Assembly (NCBI GenBank): GCA_016182335.1
Contig: JACOXK010000010.1
Location: 1-32,328 of the forward strand
Reading direction: 5' to 3'
From: Deltaproteobacteria bacterium
GTDB lineage: Bacteria > Bdellovibrionota > JACOXK01
Length of the DNA: 32,328 nt
Part shown: positions 1-9,792 of the stretch, one piece after another
Position numbering within the stretch: position 1 is the stretch's first letter
Layout: every line of letters starts with the position of its first letter
The notes under the pieces: generated by a model
The model's database searches: none
Seen by the model: only the letters and a program-made list of their open reading frames with translations
What the model was told of the DNA's origin: nothing
Translations under genes and position numbers: made by a program

Positions 1-47
1 ACCTGCTGCTTACAAATCAGCTGCTCTACCAACTGAGCTACGCCAGC
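1..47 (-). tRNA. tRNA-Thr (anticodon UGU), 5' portion only; the 3' half lies beyond the window edge
   Basis: The reverse complement of 1-47 reads GCTGGCG-TA-GCTC-AGTTGGTA-GAGC-A-GCTGA-TTTGTAA-GCAGC-AGGT. This gives a 7-nt acceptor strand, a canonical D arm, and a 7-nt anticodon loop TT-TGT-AA. One A.G mismatch closes the anticodon stem. Confidence 0.75.
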
Positions 48-72
48 ATAGGACACTTTAATTTATATTACT

Positions 73-762
73 CTATAACATTGAAAGAATTTTTTTTACA
101 AGGGCCTTTTTGGGAGAAGCTTCATGAATGGGTCTTCCAATGACAAGATAATCTGCCCCCAGTTCACATGCCTTTTTTACCGTTGTCACTCGAGATTGAT
201 CACTTGGTGTTCCAGAATCCAAACGAATTCCAGGTGTCACCGTTATAAAATCCTTTCCACATACCTTCTTAATACTTGGAACTTCCCAGGCAGAGCACAC
301 AACTCCATCTAAGCCAGCTTTTCTCACACGTTCTGAGTATTGCACAACTCTCTCCTCTAAACTTTCTCCCCATTTGCCAAAACCCTCTTCAATAAGATCG
401 CTCTGACTAAAACTTGTGAGTAATGTGACCCCAATAAACAGTACCTTTGGGTAACATTTTTTTAATTTTGCAATCTCATCTAAATTCTTTGAAGAAAGAA
501 CTGTATGAAAATTAATCATGAAAACGCCCAACTCACATCCTGCTTCTAAACTTCTGATAGTAACGGTAGGAATATCAAAGAATTTTAAATCCAAAAAAAC
601 TTGTTTGCCCTGGTCTTTGAGCCATTTCACAACTGGGGGGCCCTCTTTGACGAAAAGGGGGAGCCCAACTTTATAATAAGTTCCCAGCCCCCCTATTTCT
701 CGTACAAATTTTCTCGTTTCTTTAAAATCTTTAGTTTCAAGAGAAATAATGAGCTTAGTCAT
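73..762 (-). CDS. pyrF: orotidine 5'-phosphate decarboxylase
   Basis: 229 aa. Signature FLDLKFFDIPTVT (the DLKFHDIPNT-type catalytic Lys/Asp motif), TPGIR and VIGRPI near the C-terminus. Typical length. Confidence 0.9.
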   Translation of the reverse strand: MTKLIISLETKDFKETRKFVREIGGLGTYYKVGLPLFVKEGPPVVKWLKDQGKQVFLDLKFFDIPTVTIRSLEAGCELGVFMINFHTVLSSKNLDEIAKLKKCYPKVLFIGVTLLTSFSQSDLIEEGFGKWGESLEERVVQYSERVRKAGLDGVVCSAWEVPSIKKVCGKDFITVTPGIRLDSGTPSDQSRVTTVKKACELGADYLVIGRPIHEASPKKALVKKILSML

Positions 763-771
763 GAGATAAAT

Positions 772-2124
772 TCATTCCCCACATTTGATATCGTACTGTT
801 TCAATTTTCGGTGCAGATGAGTCCGTTCAAGGCCAATCAATTTTGCTGTTCGAGATATATTTCCTTGACATTGCTGCAGTTTGTTCAAAATAAAAACTCT
901 CTCAAAGTGCTCGCGAGCTTGTCTGAGCTGCGCAGGATAAGACGGGCCTTCCAGGCGCCCACCCTCTGGCAAGATAATATCTTCTTCACCAATCGTTTGT
1001 CCACGCGCCATAATAGCAAATCTTTCAATAAGATTTCGAAGTTCTCTAATATTACCAGGCCATGAATATTTTTTCAGTTTATCAATGGCATGCGATGTAA
1101 ACTTCATACCCCCTCTTGTATTTTCCCGAGTTACTTCTTCTAAAAAAAAATGGGCCAGTGCTTCAATATCTTCTACTCTTTCACGCAATGGGGGAATATG
1201 AAAGGGAATGACATTGAGTCTGTAGTAAAGATCCTCCCTAAAAAGCCCTTTCTCGATTTCTACTTTCAGATTTTTGTTTGTGGCTGCACAAACCCGAACA
1301 TCAATTTCAATTGTTTTCTGCCCACCAACACGAATAAATTTTCTCTCCTGCAAAATTCTCAATATTTTCGCCTGAGCATTAAGACTCATATCAGCAATTT
1401 CATCTAAGAAAAGAGTGCCCCCATCTGCCATGTCAAACTTACCTTTTTTGGAACCAATAGCCCCCGTAAATGCTCCTTTTTCATAGCCAAAAAGTTCGGA
1501 TTCAATAAGGCTTTCTGGAATTGCAGCACAATTAACAGCCACAAAAGCCCTCTGGCACCTGCGGCTTAATCGATGCAAAGCTCTTGCTACTAGTTCCTTA
1601 CCAGTTCCATTTTCACCCGTGATCAGAACCCAACTATTAGTAGGAGCAACAAGTTCAATCAGTTTTTTTATTTCTAAAATAGCCTGACTGCTCCCAAGCA
1701 ATTCCTGATGTACACTTCCATCACTTCGAAGTCTTTGATTTTCTTCCTTCAAATCCTGATGAGAGGAAAGATTACTCAAAATCACAAGAAGCTTTTCTAA
1801 TGAAAGAGGCTTTTCGATATAATCAAAAGCACCTAGCTTCGTTGCAGTAACAGCTGTTTCGATAGTCCCATGCCCACTCATCATAACGACACCACAATGG
1901 GGAAACTTCTCTTTAATTTTTTTGAGAACTTCAAGCCCGTCCATAGGCTCCATCCAAATATCAAGCAGAACAATATGAATGGGAACTTTTGAAAGAACAG
2001 ATAAAGCTTCAGATCCGCCTGAAGCTTTAAAAACCTCATACCCTTCCTCTTTTAAAATAGCGCCCAGACTCTCCAAAATAGATATCTCATCGTCAACTAT
2101 GAGAAGCGTTTTTTTCGTACTCAT
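772..2124 (-). CDS. sigma-54-dependent response regulator (NtrC-family enhancer-binding protein)
   Basis: 450 aa. N-terminal receiver (LIVDDE ... VLLDIWMEPMDG), AAA+ domain with Walker A GENGTGKE, sigma-54 contact loop GAFTGA (YEKGAFTGA), Walker B LFLDEI, and a C-terminal HTH (ISRTAKLIGLERTHLHRKL). The ATG overlaps the stop of the upstream kinase gene (ATGA). Confidence 0.92.
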   Translation of the reverse strand: MSTKKTLLIVDDEISILESLGAILKEEGYEVFKASGGSEALSVLSKVPIHIVLLDIWMEPMDGLEVLKKIKEKFPHCGVVMMSGHGTIETAVTATKLGAFDYIEKPLSLEKLLVILSNLSSHQDLKEENQRLRSDGSVHQELLGSSQAILEIKKLIELVAPTNSWVLITGENGTGKELVARALHRLSRRCQRAFVAVNCAAIPESLIESELFGYEKGAFTGAIGSKKGKFDMADGGTLFLDEIADMSLNAQAKILRILQERKFIRVGGQKTIEIDVRVCAATNKNLKVEIEKGLFREDLYYRLNVIPFHIPPLRERVEDIEALAHFFLEEVTRENTRGGMKFTSHAIDKLKKYSWPGNIRELRNLIERFAIMARGQTIGEEDIILPEGGRLEGPSYPAQLRQAREHFERVFILNKLQQCQGNISRTAKLIGLERTHLHRKLKQYDIKCGE

Positions 2125-4376
2125 ACTGTTCTTTCCCCAATCCCTGGCACCCAGGGCGCAATAGTATCTTCAACGGGGAGCTCTATGATAAACATGGCTC
2201 CTTTATCTTCACTCGAAACAATACGAATAACTCCGTGGTGCTCTTCAATAATTCTTTGAACAATGGCAAGCCCTAGCCCCCCACCTTTCATTTTAGTTGT
2301 AAAATACGGAAGAAAGATTTTGCTGCGAAGATGATGATCAACTCCACACCCAGAATCACTAATCTCAATCACAGTGTGTTTTAAATAAGGATTGTATTTG
2401 ATGCATATCTTCATTTTTCCGGTCTTTTTCATAGCATCAATGGCGTTGTCAAAAAGGTTAATAAACACCCTTTTGATCTGATCCCTATCAACAAGCTGAA
2501 GCGGAACATCAGGCTGCTCTTCAAATAGAATTTGCACCTTTGGGTGAGCGATTTGATAGAGATCTATCACTTCCTTTAAAATAAGAGACACTCTATGGTT
2601 GTGAAATTTGGGTTGAGGTAACCTTGCAAAATCTGAAAACTCATCAATCATATCTTTTAAATCATCCACCTGATTAATAATGGTTTGCACACAGTCAGAA
2701 AAAACTTCCTTCTCAGGAATATCTGAATAACGCTTTCGTAAACGCTGAGCAGATAATTTAATGGGAGTCAGCGGGTTTTTAATTTCATGCGCAATTTGTT
2801 TGGCAATTTCTCTCCAAGCAGCCACTTTTTGAGCAGTGAGAAGCTCTGTTAAATCCTCAATAACTACAACCATGCCACTATAATCATTATCTTCGTTGCG
2901 AACACCAGCAACACTTGCAAGAAGGGTTTTGATCTGCCCTCCTGATGGAAATTGAAATTGTTTTTCATGGATAGCAATAGAATCCTTCTCGATGATATCG
3001 CACATAAACTCATCTACGGCTTTGAGGTATATTTGAGGGATGACTTCATGATAATGCCTCCCAACTACGTCTTTAGCACTCACACCAAATAGAGCTTCAG
3101 CCGAACGATTGATAGTTGTCATAAGTCCATAGGCATCCAAAGAAATGACCCCTGCAGTAATATTTCTTAAAATAGCCTCTATATATTTTCTGCGCTGATT
3201 TAATTCTTTATTAGCCTCTTGAAGACTGCTATGAGCTTGGGCTATTTGCGCTCGATGGTTCTTAAGATCCAATGTCATTTGATTAAAGGATTGAGTGAGT
3301 GAATCAAATTCTTCAGCTGCCATTTGAGAAGGCAGATGTTGCAAATGAACATCAAGATTCCCAGAGGCAATTTCTTCTGTGGCTGAAGCTAAATTTTTAA
3401 TGGGTGTCGTTAATTGCCTCGCTAAATAAAATCCAAACCAGGTAGCCGTAAAAACGATCAGCAGTGTCATTAAAATGAGTAGGAGAAAATAGCTTGATTG
3501 AATTGATGGTGCAAACGGGTAGGTCGAAGAATAATCCTTATAAGTCGACTCAATTTTTTCCATGTGCATAGCCAGAGCCAACGGTGTAAAAAAATTGACG
3601 ACTAAAATACCATCCACTTTTTTTGAAGAGACCTCACGAAATACGGGAACAACGACTCGAACTAAATTTCCCTCACCAATGTTTTGCGTAAATCCAGAAG
3701 AGACACCCTTTAAAGCATTCAGAAGAGTTTCTTCTGGAGGTCTTGGAAAACTGTAGTCTGCATACCGAGAATCAGTGCTTGAATCATAGAGGGAGAGATC
3801 CCTAAAATAAAACTCTAGAAATGAAATTTGAAATTGTTCTCTGAAATGACTAAAACTTTTCTTAAAAAAATCTTTTTTACTATGTCTTAAAAGTTTTTCA
3901 GAGGAGACAAAATGGGAAATAACACCTGCGTACTGCTCCCCTCTTTCTTGAAACATTTTATAATAATTTCTGGAGATCTCTACCCCTCCTTTTAAAGATG
4001 CTTTTACTTGTGTATTAAACCATTTTCCAAAACTGTTATGAATGTAGAGAGCGGAAATTGTAAAAAGCAAAATAGTTGGAATAAGAGCAAAGCCCACAAA
4101 AACAACAATGAGTTTGGATTTTAGTTTGGCACCAAAAACACTATCTTTTCGTTCCAAGAAAATCTTAATAATATTTCTAAAAACAAGGAAAACTAATAAA
4201 CCTAAAAGCAATATATTAATATTAACGATGACAAAAAAAAGTAAACTTGTGACAAGTGATACCTTGGAAGAAAGTTTCGAAAGAGAAACCTCCAAAACTG
4301 TAAGTAGAGAAAAGACAAGTGTACATAAAAAGATAAGTCTTTTTTCTCGGCGTCTTCGCTGAATCTCAGATGACAT
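2121..4376 (-). CDS. ntrY: NtrY-like sensor histidine kinase (multi-TM, HAMP, PAS, HisKA, HATPase)
   Basis: The ORF is open to 4436 (TTG). The ATG at 4376, preceded by AAGGAA, starts at MSSEIQRRRREKR, a typical NtrY N-terminus. There are several hydrophobic segments. The H-box IAHEIKNPLTPIKLSAQRLRKR closely matches the NtrY signature. N box FDNAIDA and G box GGGLGLAIV are present. Confidence 0.85.
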   Translation of the reverse strand: MSSEIQRRRREKRLIFLCTLVFSLLTVLEVSLSKLSSKVSLVTSLLFFVIVNINILLLGLLVFLVFRNIIKIFLERKDSVFGAKLKSKLIVVFVGFALIPTILLFTISALYIHNSFGKWFNTQVKASLKGGVEISRNYYKMFQERGEQYAGVISHFVSSEKLLRHSKKDFFKKSFSHFREQFQISFLEFYFRDLSLYDSSTDSRYADYSFPRPPEETLLNALKGVSSGFTQNIGEGNLVRVVVPVFREVSSKKVDGILVVNFFTPLALAMHMEKIESTYKDYSSTYPFAPSIQSSYFLLLILMTLLIVFTATWFGFYLARQLTTPIKNLASATEEIASGNLDVHLQHLPSQMAAEEFDSLTQSFNQMTLDLKNHRAQIAQAHSSLQEANKELNQRRKYIEAILRNITAGVISLDAYGLMTTINRSAEALFGVSAKDVVGRHYHEVIPQIYLKAVDEFMCDIIEKDSIAIHEKQFQFPSGGQIKTLLASVAGVRNEDNDYSGMVVVIEDLTELLTAQKVAAWREIAKQIAHEIKNPLTPIKLSAQRLRKRYSDIPEKEVFSDCVQTIINQVDDLKDMIDEFSDFARLPQPKFHNHRVSLILKEVIDLYQIAHPKVQILFEEQPDVPLQLVDRDQIKRVFINLFDNAIDAMKKTGKMKICIKYNPYLKHTVIEISDSGCGVDHHLRSKIFLPYFTTKMKGGGLGLAIVQRIIEEHHGVIRIVSSEDKGAMFIIELPVEDTIAPWVPGIGERTV

Positions 4377-4447
4377 GTCTTCCTTATATGTTGCAGATTT
4401 ACAACAGGCAAGTCCTAGGTATTTTGTAAAACTCAAGCCTAAAGTTT

Positions 4448-5398
4448 TTAAGCAACAGAAGCTAAAAGTTCCTGATCACACAATAGTGAAGAAGATAGTC
4501 CATTCTCGGAATGTACAATTTGGTCATAGGTCATCATTTTCCATGCATCTTTACTTTTAAGCGTTTTTTCAACCAACTGATGGTGCAAACTGTGACCTGA
4601 TCGATAAGTGATGAGATGCCCTATGACTTGCGCTCCTACTAGAGCCAAATCCCCAATGGAATCAAGTACTTTATGACGAACAAATTCGTTCTGCCATCGC
4701 AGCCCCTCACGATTCACAATAGAATCCTTATCAAGAACAACAGCATTCTCAAGACTTGCCCCCAACGCCAATCCTCTACTTTGTAGATACGAAACATCAT
4801 CTAAGAATCCAAATGTTCGGGCCTGTGCTATTTCCTGACAATAAAAATGAGAGCCCCCTTTATAAGATAAAAACGGAATTCGAAAGTCAAAATTCTGTTT
4901 ACCAATACAAGTATGAGCAAACTCAATTCTGCAAGTTACTTTGAACTCTGTTGATGGAAAGAGGTAACAAAACCTATCTTTATTACGAACAGCAACAGGT
5001 TTTGTAATAATAAGAAATTTTTTTTGACTTTTTTGTTCTTTCAAACCAGTTTGAATGATGGCTTCGATAAAAGCAGCGGCACTTCCATCAAAAACAGGAA
5101 TTTCAGGGCCTTTGACGTCAATGTGAACGTTGTCCACCTGAAGACCCATCAGCGCGGAAAGAAGATGCTCAACTGTACCAATGCTCACACCCTCTTTACC
5201 CAAAGTTGTTGCCATACTTGTATCTACAACATTCGAAGCATGCGCCCGTATGGAAGGCGAAGAGGAGAGATCTGTTCTTTTGAAGACAATTCCATAATCC
5301 ACTGGAGATGGGCTCAATGTAAGCTCAACATCTTTTCCAGAATGCAAACCTTTGCCATTAAGTTGAATTACTTTTTTTATAGTTTTCTGTTTGTACAC
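4448..5398 (-). CDS. lpxC: UDP-3-O-acyl-N-acetylglucosamine deacetylase
   Basis: The N-terminus KQKTIKKVIQLNGKGLHSGKDVELTLSP parallels E. coli LpxC ([27 protein letters not shown]). TVEHLLSAL and HHQL motifs are present. The ORF is open to ATG 5431, which has no SD. GTG 5398 is preceded by GGAG at about 6 nt and gives the canonical N-terminus. Confidence 0.9.
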   Translation of the reverse strand: MYKQKTIKKVIQLNGKGLHSGKDVELTLSPSPVDYGIVFKRTDLSSSPSIRAHASNVVDTSMATTLGKEGVSIGTVEHLLSALMGLQVDNVHIDVKGPEIPVFDGSAAAFIEAIIQTGLKEQKSQKKFLIITKPVAVRNKDRFCYLFPSTEFKVTCRIEFAHTCIGKQNFDFRIPFLSYKGGSHFYCQEIAQARTFGFLDDVSYLQSRGLALGASLENAVVLDKDSIVNREGLRWQNEFVRHKVLDSIGDLALVGAQVIGHLITYRSGHSLHHQLVEKTLKSKDAWKMMTYDQIVHSENGLSSSLLCDQELLASVA

Positions 5399-5562
5399 AA
5401 ACGCTCCATTAGAACATAAGGCAAAAATCATGCCAGAATAAAAAAATTAATTATGTTAATGAGTTATAAAGTTATATTGTAAACAGAATTCTTTTTCTGT
5501 TGCATTTTTACAACAGCAAACCTCCAATCTGTTACTAAATAAATACAATTTTATTATGTAGA

Positions 5563-5709
5563 TTAAACTGGTTTTTTAAGAACAAGAATTTTGCCCTCAG
5601 ACATTTCCTCAATAGCACTTCGCACACCTTCGCGCCCGATACCAGAATCTTTAATCCCACCGTAAGGCATCTGATCCGCTCTGAAAGTAGGAGTATCATT
5701 GATAATGAG
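5563..5709 (-). pseudogene. C-terminal 48 codons of the same aldehyde dehydrogenase, displaced by one nucleotide
   Basis: Hand translation of the minus strand from 5709 gives [48 protein letters not shown]-stop (TAA at 5565-5563). This is the conserved ALDH C-terminal PYGGxKxSGxGRE motif. It joins the upstream frame if the G8 run were G7. Confidence 0.8.
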
Positions 5710-6985
5710 CCCCCCCCACTTCTAATGTTCTGTATGCCTTCCATATGTGACTCCAATTATTAGAAAATAATCCAGCTTGAAGTCCGTACGGAGTTTGATT
5801 GACGCGGTTTAGAACATCATCGAAGTTTTCGTAAGAATTAACAGAACAAATGGGACCAAAAGCCTCTTCACAGGAAATCTTTGCCTCACTTGAAACATTC
5901 GTTAAAACCGTAGGCCAATAATAAGAACCTTCTCTTTTATTGCCACAGTGAAAGCGTGCTCCCTGTGACAACGCCTCATGAACCCATTCCTCAACCCGTA
6001 AAGCTGCACTTTCAGATACAAGAGGACCCACTTGAGTTGTATCGATGAGAGGGTCTCCGACTTGAAGCCGTTCTGCACCAGCAACAAATGAATTAAAAAA
6101 TTTGTCATACATTGTTTTATGTACATGAACCATTTGCGTAGAAATACAGGATTGCCCAGCATTCGTGAATGCACCCCTCAAACATTTCTTAACGATATCA
6201 TCAAGATTTGTATTTGCATCCACGATTAAATGGGCAACACCGCCTAATTCTAAAACTACTTTTTGCTTGTGCGCACTCTTCTTCAGATGCCATCCAACCT
6301 TGGCGCTTCCCGTAAAGCTTAAAAGCTTTACTTCATTCAAAAAAGCGCCGTATTCTGCCACTTCATTTGAGCATGGTACAACACTCACAACTCCAGAAGG
6401 GACTCCTACCTCTTCAATAATCTCTGCCAAGATCAGAGCACTCGAAGGACATTGTAACGGTGGTTTTAAAACAATCGTATTTCCTAAAGCTAAAGCTGGA
6501 GCTATCTTGTGGGCTGCAAGATTAAGAGGATAATTAAAAGGGGTGATCCCAAATACTACGCCTATGGAAAAGCGTTGATAAATACCAAAACGGTCTTGAC
6601 ATGTCGCAATTGTATCTAAGGGAAGAACACTTCCCTCAATTCTTTTAGATTCTTCCTCTGCTATTTCGAAAGTATTGTAAGCTCGATCTACTTCTCCATG
6701 AGCCTCTGTGATGGTTTTGCCCATTTCAGTTGTAACAGATTTAGCCAACTCTTCTCTACGTTTCCCAATTCCTTCTTTGATTTTCTTCAAATATTGGGAG
6801 CGATCATAAGAAGAAGTCTCTCGAAAGTTTTTAAAGGATTGGTGGGCGGCCTTAACTGCCAATTCCATGTCTTTTTTCGACGCCAAGCAGATCCTGGACA
6901 GAATCTGAGCGGTTATAGGAGATCTCACATCATGAATTTCTTGAGAGGTCTTCCAGGATCCAGCACAGAAAAAAGGCTTTATCAT
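5696..6985 (-). CDS. aldehyde dehydrogenase family protein, N-terminal 429 codons as read (reading frame breaks in a homopolymer near the 3' end)
   Basis: ALDH superfamily motifs are present: VVLELGG (the catalytic Glu region), [10 protein letters not shown] (catalytic Cys) and EEAFGPI. The frame ends 5 codons after a G8 run (C8 on the plus strand, 5710-5717). The expected C-terminus continues in another frame. Confidence 0.85.
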   Translation of the reverse strand: MIKPFFCAGSWKTSQEIHDVRSPITAQILSRICLASKKDMELAVKAAHQSFKNFRETSSYDRSQYLKKIKEGIGKRREELAKSVTTEMGKTITEAHGEVDRAYNTFEIAEEESKRIEGSVLPLDTIATCQDRFGIYQRFSIGVVFGITPFNYPLNLAAHKIAPALALGNTIVLKPPLQCPSSALILAEIIEEVGVPSGVVSVVPCSNEVAEYGAFLNEVKLLSFTGSAKVGWHLKKSAHKQKVVLELGGVAHLIVDANTNLDDIVKKCLRGAFTNAGQSCISTQMVHVHKTMYDKFFNSFVAGAERLQVGDPLIDTTQVGPLVSESAALRVEEWVHEALSQGARFHCGNKREGSYYWPTVLTNVSSEAKISCEEAFGPICSVNSYENFDDVLNRVNQTPYGLQAGLFSNNWSHIWKAYRTLEVGGAHYQ

Positions 6986-6992
6986 ATTTATT

Positions 6993-8156
6993 TTATGAGA
7001 TGTTTTTTTCGTAAATTCTATATTTTTTGTAGAGTTTTACACCTAGGTGCCGAAGCGACTTATTTAGCTTTTCATTATCTTCTAAGACCCATGAAAGCTC
7101 TCCCTTGAGCATATTCTTCTGATGCCCCCTCTTCACTAATTCATCGTAACAGACGGCACCCAAGCCAGAATGATGATATTTTTGTAAAACACCCAGTGCA
7201 AAAACACGCAAAGAAGATATTTTTTTCATTCCATGCAAAAGCTTCCACCACCCAAAAGGCAGAAGCCTTCCATTAATGTTTTTCAAAACCTCATTGACAT
7301 TAGGAAGAGCAAGACAAAAGCCGGCGGGTTCGCCGTCCACCTCTACAACAAACGTAAATTCGGGCATTGCTACCCCTCGTAAACCTTGAAGCATGAAATA
7401 AATTTCTTCTTCAGAAAGGGGTGTAAAATCCCAGTTTTCCTTCCATGCATCGTTATAAATTTTTGAAGCCAAGCGCACTTCTTTCTCAAAATTTTTCTTA
7501 AGATCAATGTTTCGAACAACAATGTTCATTGATTCCCTGACATAACCAGCAATATTGCTTAAAGCTTCAAGACCAGTTGGATCAGCTTGAATATCAAGAT
7601 AATAGGCAAAAAGATCCTTACTTTTTTTAAGCCCATGGCCTTCTAAAAGAGTTGGATAATAAGAAGGATTGTAAGACATCATGATGTAAGGAGAACTATC
7701 AAAACCCTCAATAAGAAGCCCAGCTTCATCATTCATCGTTGGGCTAGTGGGGCCTAACAATTTATTCATTCCCAGCAAGCGCCCCCAGCTAGACACGGAC
7801 TTAAAAAGTTCAGAAGCTACATTGGGATCATTAATACATTCAAAAAAACCAAAAAAAACAGTTTTTTCATTTGAAAATTCGTTATGTCTTTTATTGAGAA
7901 TGGCGGCAATGCGCCCTACCATCTTGCCATCTTGATAAGCTATAAACAATTCTTTTTGTGCATTTTTGAAGAGAGGATTTTTCTTTTCATTGAGAAGTTT
8001 TTTTTGTTCAGTCAAAAGAGGAGGCACCCAATAAGTGTCATTCTTATAAATTTTCCACGGAACTTTTAAAAAATCACCTAAATGACGCGCTACTTCAATT
8101 TTAATCATTGGCTCAATTAAACAAAAGTGCTTGTTCTTGACAAGATGTATTTCCAT
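6993..8156 (-). CDS. putative GNAT-like N-acyltransferase (function tentative)
   Basis: 387 aa. The N-terminal pattern FLKVPWKIYKNDTYWVPPL and the C-terminal GxG-containing segment (VLQKYHHSGLGAVCYDEL) resemble a ~380-aa GNAT-related family, recognised from memory only. An alternative start is Met17 (8108). Confidence 0.5.
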   Translation of the reverse strand: MEIHLVKNKHFCLIEPMIKIEVARHLGDFLKVPWKIYKNDTYWVPPLLTEQKKLLNEKKNPLFKNAQKELFIAYQDGKMVGRIAAILNKRHNEFSNEKTVFFGFFECINDPNVASELFKSVSSWGRLLGMNKLLGPTSPTMNDEAGLLIEGFDSSPYIMMSYNPSYYPTLLEGHGLKKSKDLFAYYLDIQADPTGLEALSNIAGYVRESMNIVVRNIDLKKNFEKEVRLASKIYNDAWKENWDFTPLSEEEIYFMLQGLRGVAMPEFTFVVEVDGEPAGFCLALPNVNEVLKNINGRLLPFGWWKLLHGMKKISSLRVFALGVLQKYHHSGLGAVCYDELVKRGHQKNMLKGELSWVLEDNEKLNKSLRHLGVKLYKKYRIYEKNIS

Positions 8157-8162
8157 TAGAAA

Positions 8163-9290
8163 ATGGTAAGAACAATGAAAGGTTTCTGCAAGTCACCTGT
8201 TCACGCTCTGGCTTTTCATCATTTTCAAAATTTATCCTTTTATAAAAAAAAGCTACTCATTGAAGAAATAGGTGATTTTCAAAAAATTTTTGAAACGCCC
8301 GTGTCCTCCCTTCAGAAAATGTCTGACCTCTCTGCCGAAGAAGCCTATCGAATTCAAAATTATAAAGAGTTTCACCGTTTCGAAGTGGAGCTTTCGAATA
8401 TTCAAAAAAAAGGGATTCATCTCATCACTTATCTTGATAAGAAATTTCCAGAAAAAATTCGCCACATTTATGACCCACCGATGGCAATCTGCGTTCAAGG
8501 CCAGCTGCCCGCTCTACAGCAACCCTCGTTGGCTGTTGTAGGATCCCGCCAGGCTAGTTTTTATGGAAAATCTGTTACTACAAAGTTAATTCCTGACTTC
8601 ATCGAAGCTGGTTTTGCTATCGTCAGCGGGGGAGCCCGGGGTATAGATACCCAAGCTCATCGGATTGCCTTAGAAAACGGGGGAACTACTATTTCTATTT
8701 TAGGATGTGGCCTCAATCAAGTTTATCCGATGGAAAATAAAGACCTTTTTCAAAGAATCTCTCAGCATGGATGCCTCGTTTCAGAATTTAGTCTCTGTGC
8801 ATTTCCTTCTAAACAAAATTTTCCACAAAGAAATCGACTGATCAGTGCCTTAAGTGACGGAGTTCTCGTGGTTGAGGCTGGAAAGAAAAGTGGTTCTCTT
8901 ATAACAGCGCGGTTTGCACTGGAACAGGGAAAAGAAGTTTTTGCGATACCCGGTCCTATACTTTCACATCATTATGAGGGAACAAATCATCTTCTTCAGG
9001 ATGGAGCAACATTAGTATGTGATTCTTCTGATATTTTTTTGGCTCTCGGCATTGACAAGAAAAAGAATCGAAGCCTATGCAAAGATCTGCCAAGTAGTTT
9101 TGAGAAGGAAGATTTAAATTCTGAAGATGAGAAAATATGGAACACGTTAACTCAAGGAATCAGCTACTCGGTAGATGAAATAGGAAGTATGGTCGATGTG
9201 CAGGTTCCTCAAATACAAGAAACATTGATGAAACTCTCATTACATGGGTATATTAAAGAAGTTCACGGTAAGAAATTTGTTAAGAACTAG
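8163..9290 (+). CDS. dprA: DNA-processing protein DprA (Smf)
   Basis: 375 aa. Rossmann-like core with AVVGSRQAS, IVSGGARGIDTQAHRIAL, and QRNRLISALSDGVLVVEAGKKSGSLITA. Followed by smg and topA, as in many proteobacteria. Confidence 0.92.
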   Translation: MVRTMKGFCKSPVHALAFHHFQNLSFYKKKLLIEEIGDFQKIFETPVSSLQKMSDLSAEEAYRIQNYKEFHRFEVELSNIQKKGIHLITYLDKKFPEKIRHIYDPPMAICVQGQLPALQQPSLAVVGSRQASFYGKSVTTKLIPDFIEAGFAIVSGGARGIDTQAHRIALENGGTTISILGCGLNQVYPMENKDLFQRISQHGCLVSEFSLCAFPSKQNFPQRNRLISALSDGVLVVEAGKKSGSLITARFALEQGKEVFAIPGPILSHHYEGTNHLLQDGATLVCDSSDIFLALGIDKKKNRSLCKDLPSSFEKEDLNSEDEKIWNTLTQGISYSVDEIGSMVDVQVPQIQETLMKLSLHGYIKEVHGKKFVKN

Positions 9291-9299
9291 GGGGGCGCG

Positions 9300-9737
9300 T
9301 TGAACAAGAAGATTGTTGAAATGGTGGGCCTTATTCTAAAGAATCTAGATCACCAAGTTGAAAAAGAAAAAGACCTCATAGATCATCTCCTTTTGCGGGG
9401 CTACTCATTAAAAGAAATTGAAATAGCCTTTAAGTGGCTGGCAGAAAACACTCTTGCCAGAGCAGCCAAAACTCAAACAAACTCTTTTAGAATTTTAACT
9501 TCTTATGAAAAAGCGCGTCTTAAACCCGAAGCATGGGGTTTTTTGTTAAAACTTAAGAATTTTAGTGTTATTGACGATGAATTGCTTGAGGAAATTCTGG
9601 AACAGGCTTTGAACTATGGACCTGAGGATGATGAGATCAATGCTGACCAAATGAAAACGATAGCTCAATTCAAGATTTTAAGCGGTCGTTGTAAATCAAA
9701 TATTCAGCGTTCGCATGTTAGTGTCCTCTATCATTAA
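9300..9737 (+). CDS. smg: Smg-like protein (DUF494 family)
   Basis: 145 aa, immediately after dprA. LLLRGYSLKEIEIAFKWL and FRILTSYEKARLKPEAWGFLLKL parallel E. coli Smg ([37 protein letters not shown]). The start is uncertain: TTG at 9300, alternative ATG at 9321. Confidence 0.6.
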   Translation: MNKKIVEMVGLILKNLDHQVEKEKDLIDHLLLRGYSLKEIEIAFKWLAENTLARAAKTQTNSFRILTSYEKARLKPEAWGFLLKLKNFSVIDDELLEEILEQALNYGPEDDEINADQMKTIAQFKILSGRCKSNIQRSHVSVLYH

Positions 9738-9792
9738 AAACAAGATAGACCCCAGATCAAGTCTGGGATGACAATTGATTAAGGAAAAAGAT

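Noticed and set aside
1142-1150. A9 homopolymer (T9 on the coding strand) inside the sigma-54 activator gene, considered as a slippage or frameshift site
   Set aside because: The reading frame is intact across it (HFFLEE) and conserved AAA+ motifs lie on both sides. A similar A9 run in topA (about 10521-10529) is also in frame.
5535-5756. 73-aa ORF downstream of the aldehyde dehydrogenase ORF
   Set aside because: This is the wrong frame. The conserved ALDH C-terminus ([14 protein letters not shown]) is in the third minus-strand frame, ending at 5563. This ORF has no recognisable content.
9751-9767. Hairpin CCCAGA-tcaag-TCTGGG between smg and topA, considered as a terminator or attenuator
   Set aside because: It has only a 6-bp stem and no downstream U-tract. 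topA follows 26 nt later in the same orientation. It may be another short repeat remnant, but a single copy in the window gives no support.
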